Source: Chloroflexota bacterium (lineage in GTDB: Bacteria > Chloroflexota > UBA11872 > VXNJ01). From it: a DNA stretch of 64,000 nucleotides. Shown piece by piece: positions 45,383 through 55,865 of the stretch. Where the stretch lies: NCBI GenBank assembly GCA_965261345.1, contig OZ253449.1, positions 1,251,317 to 1,315,316 of the forward strand, read 5' to 3'. Every line of letters starts with the position of its first letter. The first letter of the stretch is position 1. Position numbers and translations under genes: made by a program. Under the pieces are notes generated by a model. The model had not been told where the DNA came from. It made no database searches and saw nothing but the letters and a program-made list of their open reading frames with translations.

Positions 45383-46888
45383 ATGAGCAAACTTGATGGC
45401 CCTTGCGATCTATTGGAACTTTCGGCCAATTCGGCTCGCGAGGAATTGTTGCGATCGGAAAACTATTGCACTTTTGATTTGCCCGATTACTTCACGTTTT
45501 CCGCATTGATTGCAGACGCACACTCTGCTGTGACTGGAAAGACTCGACGGGAGGTAGGCAGCAGCAAAGCGCGTGATTATGAAGACGTCAATTTTTTGGT
45601 CGCACACAACAAAGATGGGCGACTGGCGTGGCGCCCTTGGGCACTCGTCCATCCAGTCCTGTACGCGGCCTTGGTGGACGTGATAACCATAGATGCGAAT
45701 TGGGAGTTGATTCAACGGCGATTTTTCAAATTGAATTGCGAGCCCGATATTCGATGCTCCAGTCGTCCAGTTGTCGGAATGACTTCCAAAATGCGGAAGG
45801 ATTTGGAAATCCACCGGTGGTGGGAGGGGGCAGAGCAGGCTTCAATCGAATTGGCGCTGCAATATTCTTACGTCGTGCATACCGACGTCACCAACTGTTA
45901 TCAATCTATTTACACGCATTCGATCGCCTGGGCAATTCACACAAAGGAAGTTGCTAGAGCGAATAAAGACGATCAACAATTGATTGGAAATGTCATTGAC
46001 AAATATTTGCAGGACATGTCCCTTGGGCAAACGAATGGAATTTGCCAAGGCTCGATATTGATGGATTTGATTGCCGAATGCGTTCTGGCTTACGCGGACG
46101 AGCAATTGGCATCGAATCTAAAGGGTAGCTACGATGGGAAATACAAGATCTTGCGACACCGCGATGATTACAGGATTTTTGTCAATGATCCTAAATTGGG
46201 CGAAGAGATATTGAAAGCGCTTTCCGATGTGTTGAGAGCATTGGGAATGTCCCTAAACTCCGGCAAGACGGAAACCAGTGACGACGTGATCGGGGCAGCG
46301 ATTAAGCGTGACAAACTTGCGTGGCTTTGGCGCAATAAACCAGAGGGCGATCTGCAGAAAAAACTGTTGGCGTTACGGGCGCATGGACTCGAGTATCCAA
46401 ATGGCGGATCCGTAGAGACCGGGCTGCATGAATGCTACGAGAATTTCAATGGCGGGGTAATGGAGGGGGCAATTCTCCCGACGATTGCCATCGTGGCGGA
46501 TATCGCGGTTAGGAATCCGCGCGCCTATCCGATTGCGGCATCGCTAATCAGCTTGTTGATTGGGCAATTGGAGGAAGGGAGTGCTAAACAGGACGCAATG
46601 AGAGCCGTTGAGGATCGTTTTCGTCGCGTTCCGAAAGCGGAATTGATGCACGTTTGGGTAAATAGGGTCGGAATAAAGCTTGGATATGACGCGTTCGCCG
46701 AATCTTCATTGTGCAAATCTGTCAGCAATGGGTCGGCGGAGATTTGGGCACACGATTGGATTTGCGATGCCCAACTGAAATCAAAAATGTTGAGTGGAAC
46801 CATCGTTGACAAAATGCGGATTGCCGAGTTGCCAGAGATGGTGTCAAAAGAAGAGGTAGAGGAACTCACCTTTGTTTATGACGGATAA
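45383..46888 (+). CDS. stand-alone reverse transcriptase of the Abi/defence-associated (UG/DRT-like) type
   Basis: Motif A is YVVHTDVTNCYQSIYTHSI, motif B is GICQGSILMDLIAE, motif C is the non-canonical YKILRHRDDYRIFV, and motif D/E is LRALGMSLNSGKTE. A ~180-aa alpha-helical C-terminal extension follows. There is no integrase, maturase or retron VTG signature. The gene is divergent from the TIR gene across a 680-bp spacer. Confidence 0.8.
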   Translation: MSKLDGPCDLLELSANSAREELLRSENYCTFDLPDYFTFSALIADAHSAVTGKTRREVGSSKARDYEDVNFLVAHNKDGRLAWRPWALVHPVLYAALVDVITIDANWELIQRRFFKLNCEPDIRCSSRPVVGMTSKMRKDLEIHRWWEGAEQASIELALQYSYVVHTDVTNCYQSIYTHSIAWAIHTKEVARANKDDQQLIGNVIDKYLQDMSLGQTNGICQGSILMDLIAECVLAYADEQLASNLKGSYDGKYKILRHRDDYRIFVNDPKLGEEILKALSDVLRALGMSLNSGKTETSDDVIGAAIKRDKLAWLWRNKPEGDLQKKLLALRAHGLEYPNGGSVETGLHECYENFNGGVMEGAILPTIAIVADIAVRNPRAYPIAASLISLLIGQLEEGSAKQDAMRAVEDRFRRVPKAELMHVWVNRVGIKLGYDAFAESSLCKSVSNGSAEIWAHDWICDAQLKSKMLSGTIVDKMRIAELPEMVSKEEVEELTFVYDG

Positions 46889-47074
46889 ATTATTCGAAAA
46901 ATCCGGGTTGTGACGTTTAAGTGATTGTCAGATGCAGATAGCGGTAGTGAATGCAACGAACCGTCGATTGGAAGTAAACATAATCACGTTTATCTCTAAT
47001 GCCTATCGACTCCGAATGAAGGACTGTCGATAGAGGGCCAGGCGGCCTTGCCGCTAAACGTTTAAGCCGTTACT

Positions 47075-47225
47075 GATCACGTCCCCTGGAGTGGTGTAAG
47101 AGCACCAGCTTGATCAACTAAGCCAACGCGATGACAAAGGGCCATCGTGTAAACCTCTACGGAGTCACTTCACTTACTTCGTCGAGGAACCATCGATGGC
47201 CCAACTTGATTATCAGACTTTGCTT
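47075..47225 (+). mobile_element. 150-bp terminal fragment of an IS256-like element (left end, inverted relative to the full copy at 48.3-50.0 kb)
   Basis: Near-identical to the reverse complement of 49865..50010, including the transposase start MAQLDYQTLL. It is truncated at 47225 by a solo IS3 terminal repeat. Confidence 0.7.
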
Positions 47226-47252
47226 GCCATTATTGGCCGGCTCCCCCTCATT
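47226..47252 (+). repeat. solo IS3-family terminal inverted repeat
   Basis: TGGCCGGCTCCCCCTCATTGGTACCAGAGGGA is identical to the left end of the IS3 copy at 57412..57443. It has no adjoining IS3 body. Confidence 0.6.
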
Positions 47253-47780
47253 GGTACCAGAGGGAAGGGAAGAGAGCGCCGGTATGGCTGGGGTGCGCGG
47301 GGCGACCAGATCAGCAACGTCCTGACAATCAAAGCGCTTCCCCTGGTCTAAGAGATTGGACAGGGCCTCATCGACATCGGCCTCCATGGTAGTGGCCGCC
47401 AATTGCAGGATGCGCAGGTAATTGACGTCGGCGCTGTGCTGACCGCGCCACTGGCAAAGCGCATCGTAGGCGCGGCGGAAGGTAAGGGTGGGGAAGAGCT
47501 GCTCGCGCCAGCGGTAGCGGGCAAAGGCGCCGGGCTCCAAGCACCAGCGATCCGATCACGTGGCGGTAATTGACGCGGGCCCGCAATGCTCCCGTGGCGC
47601 GCTCTAGGCGCTCGACCAATCGGCCCTTGTAGTACACGTCCAGGTGATCGGCATAGAGACGGACTTCCACCTTCTGTCCGATCAGGCGTGGTGGTACCGT
47701 GTAGGTGCGGCCCGAGATTTGGATGGTGCTCCATTTGCGCACCACCGCGCATTGACTCACTGTTTTTGTAACCCAAACAG
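47253..47780 (-). pseudogene. IS21-family istA transposase fragment (C-terminal half, frameshifted, 5'-truncated)
   Basis: Two minus-strand ORFs in different frames carry IstA signatures: ...YTVPPRLIGQKVEVRLYADHLDVYYKGRLV... and ...FRRAYDALCQ...NYLRILQLAATTMEADVDEAL... Confidence 0.55.
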
Positions 47781-48269
47781 GGCCGTTGCCTCACTAGCAA
47801 CCGTGTCAAAAGTCAAACCCGCCGGGGTGGGATCAGAGAGGGTCCGGGAGATAAGGGAGGAGTGAAATCAGCTCCCTTTGTCAGGCGCATACCCTGCAAA
47901 GACCCATGCGCTGGGTACGGCTTCGCCAGGGACCTTGCCGGGCGCCTTGCCCGGCGTTGACAAAAAGCAGATTGGCTTCAGACCACCGGGTGCTCCCCGC
48001 GCCGGGGTCGCTCCGGATATCGCGGCCGGCTACGCGGGCGCCTGCTCCCGCCAGGGCTCACCGCGGCCGGCCACCGAGTTAAGGGCGATCAACAGCTTGC
48101 GCATGCAGGCGGTCAACGCCACCTTTTTTGGCTTACGAACGGCCAGTCTAACTGGCATTGGACAGCGGGTGAAAGTCCCGCATGCTGAAAGGAAAGGAGC
48201 CAATCCGCAGCACTCCGCGAGTCATGCGTGACCGGTCGCGAGGCCGGGCATGAAGCGTGGACGTGTCCC

Positions 48270-50010
48270 ACGGTGTGGTGTAACTAAGCCGTCCTCTACG
48301 TTTAGGGGTTCGGCAGCTGCAACTCTACAGAGTTGCAGCTGCCGGCAGGGCCGGCAGATGGTTGCTGGGGCTTGCTGGGGGAGTTTCGAGTCCTTGGCTG
48401 TGACGGCGACTGCCGGTAAGGCGTCCATCATTTTGCCAGTTGCGACCATGGCGCGGTCGTGGTCATATGGGCTTCCATGGGTCCGAAGGCCGGCCCCGGC
48501 CCGTAACGGCTCGCATTCGGGCTCACCGGGCCGGGTTTGTTGGGAAAGTCGGCCCAATTCGACGCTAGTGATCCTTATTTAGGCCCAGCTAGCGCCAAGC
48601 CGGGCGCACGACCTTCCATTTCCCTGGAGGGCGCTACGGCCCCCGGCGGCGGTTGCTACCCCGCCGGCAATGCCAGCGGGGACTGCCTCTCTCCCGGAGA
48701 TGGGGGTTGGCCGATTAAGGCCATCGAGTGCCTGGACATATAGCGGCGCTCGGATGCGAGCCATTCGTCGTTCTGCTCAATTAGGACCGCTCCGATAAGG
48801 CGCAGGACCGAGTCATCGTCGGGGAAGAGCTGTACTACCCGGGTGCGGCGCTTTAGCTCGCCCATAACGCGCTCTAGGGGATTGGTGGACCAGATCTTGC
48901 GCCAGTGCGAAGGCGGGAAGGCGGTGTAGGCAGTCAGGGCGATCTCGGAGTCCTCGAGGATCGTGGACAGTTCCGGATACTTGCGCTCTAAGCGATCGGC
49001 GAAATCTCCGAAGGCGTCCATGGCGCTCTGCTTGTCAGCCTGCCCAAACAGCGACGCCAGTCCGGCTGCCACCAGCCCGCGGTCGCCGCTTCTGACCCTT
49101 GGTAGAAGATTGCGCCCAAAGTGTGTCCTGCACGTCTGCCAGGCGGCCTCGGGAATAAGCTTTGTCACCGCGTTGCCGATGGCTTGGTTCCCATCGGAGA
49201 TCACCAGCCGCACGCCGGATAGACCGCGCGTTACCAGGGAGGCGAGCAAGTCCTCCCCGAAGCCCTGCGCTTCGCTGTGGCCGATTGCAAGCCCCAGCAG
49301 CTCGCGATGGCCGTTCTCGTTTACGGCCATTGCTATGCCCACCGCCCGCGACCTTACCGCATGCGCGTTTCGGGCTTTTACGTAGGTGGCGTCGAGATAG
49401 AGGTACGGGAAGGTCGTATGCGAGAGATCGCGTTCGCGGAAGGCATTGACCAGCTCGTCGATGCCTTTGCAGATCCTTGACACCTCGGACCTGGAGATCC
49501 CGGCGTTTACTCCCATCGCCTCCACCAGCTTGTCGACCTTGCGGGTGGAGACGCCCTTGCTGTAGGCGGTCATGATGACGCCGTAGAGGGCCTGGTCGAT
49601 GCGGCGCCGCCGCTCCAAGAACTCGGGGTAGTAGCTGCCTTGGCGCAGCTTGGGCAGGGCAATCTCGATGTCGCCCGCCCGGGTGGAGAGGGTGCGCTTG
49701 CGCGAGCCGCCAAAGCCGATTGCGACGCTCGCCGTTGCGCTCGTGCGGTTGGGCGCCGATGTTTTCGGCCAGGCCGGCGTCAATAAGTTCCTGGTAGGCG
49801 TGCCGTACGGCGCTGCGGACGAATTCGCTGCTGTCAAACCCTTGCTTGGCGATAAGGGCAAGCAAGGTCTGATAATCAAGTTGGGCCATCGATGGTTCCT
49901 CGACGAAGTAAGTGAAGTGACTCCGTAGAGGTTTACACGATGGCCCTTTGTCATCGCGTTGGCTTAGTTGATCAAGCTGGTGCTCTTACACCACTCTAGG
50001 GGACGTGATC
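48270..50010 (-). mobile_element. IS256-family insertion sequence (approximately 1.74 kb) with imperfect terminal inverted repeats
   Basis: The left end GATCACGTCCCCTAGAGTGGTGTAAGAGCACC (reverse complement at 50010) and the IRR-like GACGTGTCCCACGGTGTGGTGTAACTAAGCC at 48270 support the call. The element contains a mutator-type transposase. The IRR assignment is tentative. Confidence 0.55.
48656..49889 (-). pseudogene. IS256-family (mutator-type) transposase with an apparent frameshift
   Basis: The N-terminus MAQLDYQTLLALIAKQG...ELIDAGLAENIGAQPHER is in one frame. The rest (...GSRKRTLSTRAGDIEIALPKLRQGSYYPEFLERRRRIDQALYGVIMTAYSKGVSTRKVDKLVEA...DDE core) is in another frame. The shift falls near the conserved RNG-RKR region. 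Confidence 0.65.
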
Positions 50011-50066
50011 CCGCCGCACCCAGCGCTACGTCCCAAAACCCGATCCGAAAGAGGACAACCTCGTAG

Positions 50067-51254
<1,188 letters not shown>

Positions 51255-51459
51255 ACGCCTTGTAGGTCCCGACCGCTCTGCGAGCAAGGTCCCGGGCGAA
51301 GCCCTTGTCCGGGATCGGGCTCTCGCGGCGATTCCGCATCCGGTTACCGCTTCTCGATCGAGCCCGATCGGGGCTGCGTTCGCTATGAACCGCGGTCGGG
51401 GCGCTGGATATCTCCTCCCCTATCTCCCCCGGACCCCTCTCATCCCACCTCTACGCATT

Positions 51460-52238
51460 TGACATTCAAGACGATTGCTATGGCTACAAGCGCATCACCG
51501 CCCTGCTTAAACGCTCGGGCTGGAAACTGAACCGCAAGCGGGTCCTGCGCATCTGGCGCCGGGAGGGACTATAAAGTCCCGATCCGGAGCGCCAAGCAGT
51601 CGCGCCGCTGGCTCGAGGGCGGGAGATCAACCCGCCTTATCTCCGAGCGTCCCAACCACGTCTGGGCCTACGACTTCGCCTACGCGCGCACCGAGGACGG
51701 CCGGCCCCTGCGGATCCTGACCGTAGTCGACGAGTTCACCCGCCAATCCTTAGCGGTAAGGGTCGAGCATACGTTCCCTGCCCGCGGCGTGATCGAGACA
51801 ATCGCCGACCTCATGCTCGCCCACGGGGTCCCCGGGCACATCCGCTCTGGCAACGGTCCCGAATTTACTGCCCACAGCGATACGGAAATGTCTATCGGCA
51901 AATCAGGTCAAGACCGTCTACATCAAGCCCGGCGCCCCCTGGGAGAACGCCTATGCGGAATCGTTCATCTCCAGGCTCCGGGACGAGCTCCCGACCGCGA
52001 GATCTTCTACACGCTCGTAGAAGCCAGGGTGATGCTGGAACGCTTCCGGATCGACTACAGCACCGTGCGTCCACACTCAGCGCTCGGTTACCTATCGCCC
52101 CTGGAAGCCATCGAGGCGGCGGCGTGAGGGATCAACTGCCGGTCGCAATCCGGCTGCTGCTGGCCGGCCCAAAAATCAGCCTCGCCGCCAACAAGACAAT
52201 GTCTCAAACCAACTGGTACCAAAACCGGGGACCTGCCA
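51460..52238 (+). mobile_element. 5'-truncated, degraded partial copy (copy B) of the IS3-family element, OrfB region plus right end
   Basis: The DNA is ~85-90% identical to the orfB and right end of the IS3 copy at 56079..57443. It reads ...YGYKRITALLKRSGWKLNRKRVLRIWR...HVWAYDFAYARTEDGRPLRILTVVDEFTR..., interrupted by stops and frameshifts. It ends with the IS3 right terminus ...ACCTGCCA at 52238. Confidence 0.6.
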
Positions 52239-52248
52239 ATCGACGAAT

Positions 52249-52536
52249 TTGGCATGTGGAATTACGACCGCGATGCCCTTCTTCTCGCTGATCTCAGAAC
52301 GTTACCTAAGGAGCGGCACCATCCTTACATCCAACAAAGGCATCGCCGATTGGGGTGATGTCCTGGGAGATCACGCCGTAGCCTCCGCGATCGTCGATCG
52401 CATGCTCCACCACTGCCATACCATCACCATAAAGGGAAGCAGCTACCGACTAAAAGAAAAGCGCCGGGCCGGTTTGATTGCACCGGTTTCTGCTCCAGTC
52501 GTGGACAAAGACCAGATCCTGGCCGACGATTCCTAA
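52249..52536 (+). pseudogene. IS21-family istB (helper ATPase) C-terminal fragment
   Basis: ...PFFSLISERYLRSGTILTSNKGIADWGDVLGDHAVASAIVDRMLHHCHTITIKGSSYRLKE matches the IstB C-terminus. It lies directly after the IS3 copy B end and is in the opposite orientation to the istA fragment at 47.3-47.8 kb. Confidence 0.6.
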
Positions 52537-52944
52537 CTCAAACCAAAACTAGACTGGCGAAAGCGAGGTGACAACTACAAGTGAGACCGCGTGGGTCAAG
52601 TTGAAACAGCCCCTGACAATTTTGCCGAGTCCAATGGCGACAACAGAGGCATTTGTGAGTAGATCCGCAGCTTCACCCAAGGGCAAACTGAGGGCTAAAA
52701 ACGCCTAACAATTCCACTCGAAAGTTCCGGAATTTCCACAGCTATGCGGGTGCAATTTCGATCGCCTTCAATTGTTTTGCGGCCAGTTGCCGACGTGGAT
52801 GGAAGTCCGCATTCCAGTTAAGCCAAATGTCGATTGTGGATAAGGCGGTCATGGACCGACTCCAATCGGCCTTAATGGTTCAATGACCGGCATTGCAATT
52901 GGAACGTGGGTGCGAACTGACAATTCGGTAACTACAATATCGTA

Positions 52945-53253
52945 ATGGCTTTTTGTGATCTATTGCGGTGGGAATGGGACCTTGCAAAAGAACAGGTCAA
53001 CATTCGCAGACATGGAATCGGGTTCGGGACCGCAATCAAAGTCTTTCAAGACCCCTTAGCTGCAACTCGCTCGGATCCGCATAAAGAGGAACGGCGATTG
53101 CGAACAATTGGGGTCATTGGGAATGTGACCGTCTTAGTCGTCCACACAGTTCCCGAATACGACGAAATCACTGCAACAGCGGTGGGTTGGATCATCAGTG
53201 CCAGGAAAGCAACAGCCGGAGAGAGGAATGCATGTGAAACAGAAGCGAACTAA
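52945..53253 (+). CDS. brnT: BrnT-family (DUF497, RelE-like) toxin
   Basis: ...FEWDLAKEQVNIRRHGIGFGTAIKVFQDPLA...VVHT...IISARKAT matches the BrnT consensus. Confidence 0.65.
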   Translation: MAFCDLLRWEWDLAKEQVNIRRHGIGFGTAIKVFQDPLAATRSDPHKEERRLRTIGVIGNVTVLVVHTVPEYDEITATAVGWIISARKATAGERNACETEAN

Positions 53254-53512
53254 GCCCGTGGAGCAATGCGAAAGCGAAATTGCGCGATTGGCGAACTTGC
53301 CGGACGACCAGATCGATACGACGGATATTCCAGAAATACTCGATTGGTCGGACGCTCGTAGAGGCGTGTTTTATCGGCCTTTAAAGCAACAGATAACACT
53401 GCGATTGGATGCGGACGTCATCGCGTGGTTCAAAGCGCATGCGCCGAACGGCCGCGGATATCAAACGCACATTAATCGCGCGTTACGAGAGCATGTTATG
53501 CGATCGCGCTAG
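53228..53512 (+). CDS. brnA: BrnA-family antitoxin (DUF4415-like)
   Basis: ...DDQIDTTDIPEILDWSDARRGVFYRPLKQQITLRLDADVIAWFKA...GYQTHINRALREHV supports the call. It overlaps the brnT 3' end, and the start is set at the internal ATG. Confidence 0.6.
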   Translation: MHVKQKRTKPVEQCESEIARLANLPDDQIDTTDIPEILDWSDARRGVFYRPLKQQITLRLDADVIAWFKAHAPNGRGYQTHINRALREHVMRSR

Positions 53513-53715
53513 CTTAATGTCCAAGCCGCGATCGTGAAACCAAAACAATCGTTTCAATTTATCGATTTGTCCGGCACCACGATCACGATAGTTCAGCCAT
53601 TGAATTCGCGGAAGGGAAGACCGTCACCGATCCCTCCGCACAGATCCGGAAGTGCCCGTTAGCGAATCCGAACTTACCTAATGTGGTTGACGGCAAAGCG
53701 CGCGGCGCGCCATGT

Positions 53716-53904
53716 GTGGAAGATGGGGGATTGGGGCAAGAACTGATCAAACGGCGCTTGGAACGGGACGGGTGGTACTTGGATCGTCACGGGTCAAATC
53801 ACGACATATATTGCCATCCAACGATTGCGGGGATCATCACTTTGCCTCGCCACCAGGCCTTGTCAATTGGTTTCGCCGGGACAATCGCGTCTAAAGCACG
53901 TTAG
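53716..53904 (+). CDS. hicA: HicA-family mRNA interferase toxin
   Basis: The ~62-aa ...ELIKRRLERDGWYLDRHGSNHDIYCHPTIAGIITLPRH... matches the HicA/YcfA signature. A GTG start is assumed. Confidence 0.55.
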   Translation: MEDGGLGQELIKRRLERDGWYLDRHGSNHDIYCHPTIAGIITLPRHQALSIGFAGTIASKAR

Positions 53905-53922
53905 GAGAACTAGGCTGCAAAC

Positions 53923-54330
53923 ATGAATCGGTATCCTGCCCTAATTGATGGCAGTGCTGGAGCTTACGGAGTCGTATTCCCCGACGTACCGGGCAATTGC
54001 GCCATGGGAAACACGATTGACGAAGCGCTATTGGATGGCGAAGACGCGCTTCACGATTACGCAGTTGAAACCAGGCGCGACGGTGTTTCGCTTACTGAAC
54101 CGACTCCATTGGAATCAATTGAAACTTCAACGGGTACCAAATTGGTGTCCATTCCTCCAATTGAGCCTTCCGCGAAGAGTGTTCGGGCCAGCCTAACGTT
54201 AGACGCAAGCGTAGCTGAATTCATCGACAACGAAGCTCGGCGCCGAGGGATGACTAGGAAGTCGTACATAACCTGGATGGCCCGGCGTTTCGCAGCAAAA
54301 AAGGGGGATGAATTATTGGGTCAGTCTTGA
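53923..54330 (+). CDS. hicB: HicB-family antitoxin
   Basis: The N-terminal YPALIDGSAGAYGVVFPDVPGNCAMGNTIDEALLDGEDAL matches the HicB/UPF0150 fold. A C-terminal RHH-like DNA-binding tail follows, and the gene is immediately downstream of hicA. Confidence 0.7.
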   Translation: MNRYPALIDGSAGAYGVVFPDVPGNCAMGNTIDEALLDGEDALHDYAVETRRDGVSLTEPTPLESIETSTGTKLVSIPPIEPSAKSVRASLTLDASVAEFIDNEARRRGMTRKSYITWMARRFAAKKGDELLGQS

Positions 54331-54539
54331 TCCCAAAAGTGCCCAATTTCGACTGAGACTCTGAACCCGTCGATCAGTTAGACAAAGATCTCCCGGATGT
54401 GGCGCTGATAGAAGATTTACCAGCGCAGGCTAATCGTTATGCAGTTTGTCTCTCGTAGATCGGCCGGCGCGTTGCTTCCGTAACCCTGCTGAGAGGGCCC
54501 GGTCGTTTGCCAGGTTTGCCGCAAAGGCTATCCTGACCC

Positions 54540-55865
54540 ATGGCCCGAACGCGACCTCTCTCCGATTTCGGCATGCGTGGCATGTTTGACGACGCATCCG
54601 ATGTGGACCGCACCGCGCCGTTGGCCGCACGGATGCGGCCTCGCACCCTGGACGAGATCGTCGGGCAGGTCCATCTGGTCGGACCGGACGCCCCGCTCCG
54701 ACGGGCGATTGAGGCCGATTCGCTCCCCTCTTGCATCCTCTGGGGACCGCCGGGCAGCGGGAAGACCTCAATGGCCCAGGTCATTGCCCGCCTCACCGAA
54801 GCCCGATTCGCAACCGTTTCAGCCGTATCCAGCGGCGTTGCCCAATTGCGCAAGGTCATCGCCGCCGCCGAGATCCACCGCCGCGATCGGCGCGTCCCTA
54901 CAACCCTCTTTATAGACGAGATACATCGTTTCAATAAGGCCCAGCAGGACGCCGTTCTGCCCGCCGTCGAGGACGGCACTATCACCCTGATTGGCGCGAC
55001 CACCGAAAACCCGTCCTTTGAAGTTGTGGCTCCGCTGCTCAGCCGGGCGCGCGTTTTCAAACTCGAACTGCTCGAGCGTGACGACATCAAAGTTCTGCTG
55101 CGCCGCGCCATCGTGGATGACCAGCGTGGACTGGGCGCGGACAGGCCGCAGATCGAAGACGATGCAATCGATGCTCTGGCGACGCTCGGCGCCGGCGACG
55201 CGCGGGTCGCGCTTAACACGCTTGAGGCTGCAGCCCGCGATGCCGCGGCCCAGGGACAAGCGGTCACTGTCGAGACCATCATCGCGGTTGCCCAGAGAGC
55301 CCTGCCCTACGACAAGGGCGGGGATGCCCACTTCGACACCATCTCCGCCTTCATCAAGTCAGTTCGCGGCTCTGATCCGCACGCCGCGGTCTACTGGCTC
55401 GCGAGGATGCTTGAGGCGGGCGAGGACCCCATGTTCGTTGCTCGACGCATCGTCATCCTCGCTTCCGAGGACGTCGGTCTTGCCGATCCCCGGGCACTAT
55501 CCGTGGCCGTCGCCGCGCAACAAGCTACGCATTTGATCGGCATGCCTGAGTGTTCGCTTGTCCTCTCCGAAGCCGCCATTTACCTGGCCCGCGCGCCCAA
55601 GAGCAACTCTGCGACGAAGGCCTACGCCGCCGCCGCCGCCGCGGTTCGTGAGCTTGGTGCATTGCCGGTCCCGCTCCACCTGCGCAACGCTGCCACCAGC
55701 CTAATGGCCAACCATGGTTATGGCCGCGGTTACCAGTACGCACATGACTACGAGGGCGCGGTTGCCCCCAACCAGCAGCATTTGCCGGACGCTCTGCGCG
55801 ACTCAAAGTTTTACGAGCCAACTGAACGCGACACGAGTTCCGGCACCCGGGATTTAGACCGCTAA
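54540..55865 (+). CDS. rarA: replication-associated recombination protein A (AAA+ ATPase)
   Basis: Walker A LWGPPGSGKTS, a sensor region and the C-terminal MgsA/RarA domain are recognisable throughout. Confidence 0.9.
   Translation: MARTRPLSDFGMRGMFDDASDVDRTAPLAARMRPRTLDEIVGQVHLVGPDAPLRRAIEADSLPSCILWGPPGSGKTSMAQVIARLTEARFATVSAVSSGVAQLRKVIAAAEIHRRDRRVPTTLFIDEIHRFNKAQQDAVLPAVEDGTITLIGATTENPSFEVVAPLLSRARVFKLELLERDDIKVLLRRAIVDDQRGLGADRPQIEDDAIDALATLGAGDARVALNTLEAAARDAAAQGQAVTVETIIAVAQRALPYDKGGDAHFDTISAFIKSVRGSDPHAAVYWLARMLEAGEDPMFVARRIVILASEDVGLADPRALSVAVAAQQATHLIGMPECSLVLSEAAIYLARAPKSNSATKAYAAAAAAVRELGALPVPLHLRNAATSLMANHGYGRGYQYAHDYEGAVAPNQQHLPDALRDSKFYEPTERDTSSGTRDLDR

Noticed and set aside
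45383-46888. Interpreting the reverse transcriptase as a retron RT (retron-TIR system), as a group II intron maturase, or as an intact mobile element.
   Set aside because: There is no VTG or retron-type thumb motif. The gene is divergent from, not upstream-coupled to, the TIR gene. Its ~500-aa size with a helical C-terminal extension matches Abi/UG-type RTs. There are no intron domain V or VI structures and no endonuclease or maturase X domain. This leaves it as a candidate defence RT, not a retron.
47131-47325. ORF MTKGHRVNLYGVTSLTSS..., duplicated at the start of the track ORF 48656..49954, suggesting a conserved small protein.
   Set aside because: Both arise from reading across the IS256 terminal inverted repeat. 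The real transposase N-terminus is MAQLDYQTLL... in the other frame, so these are not genes.
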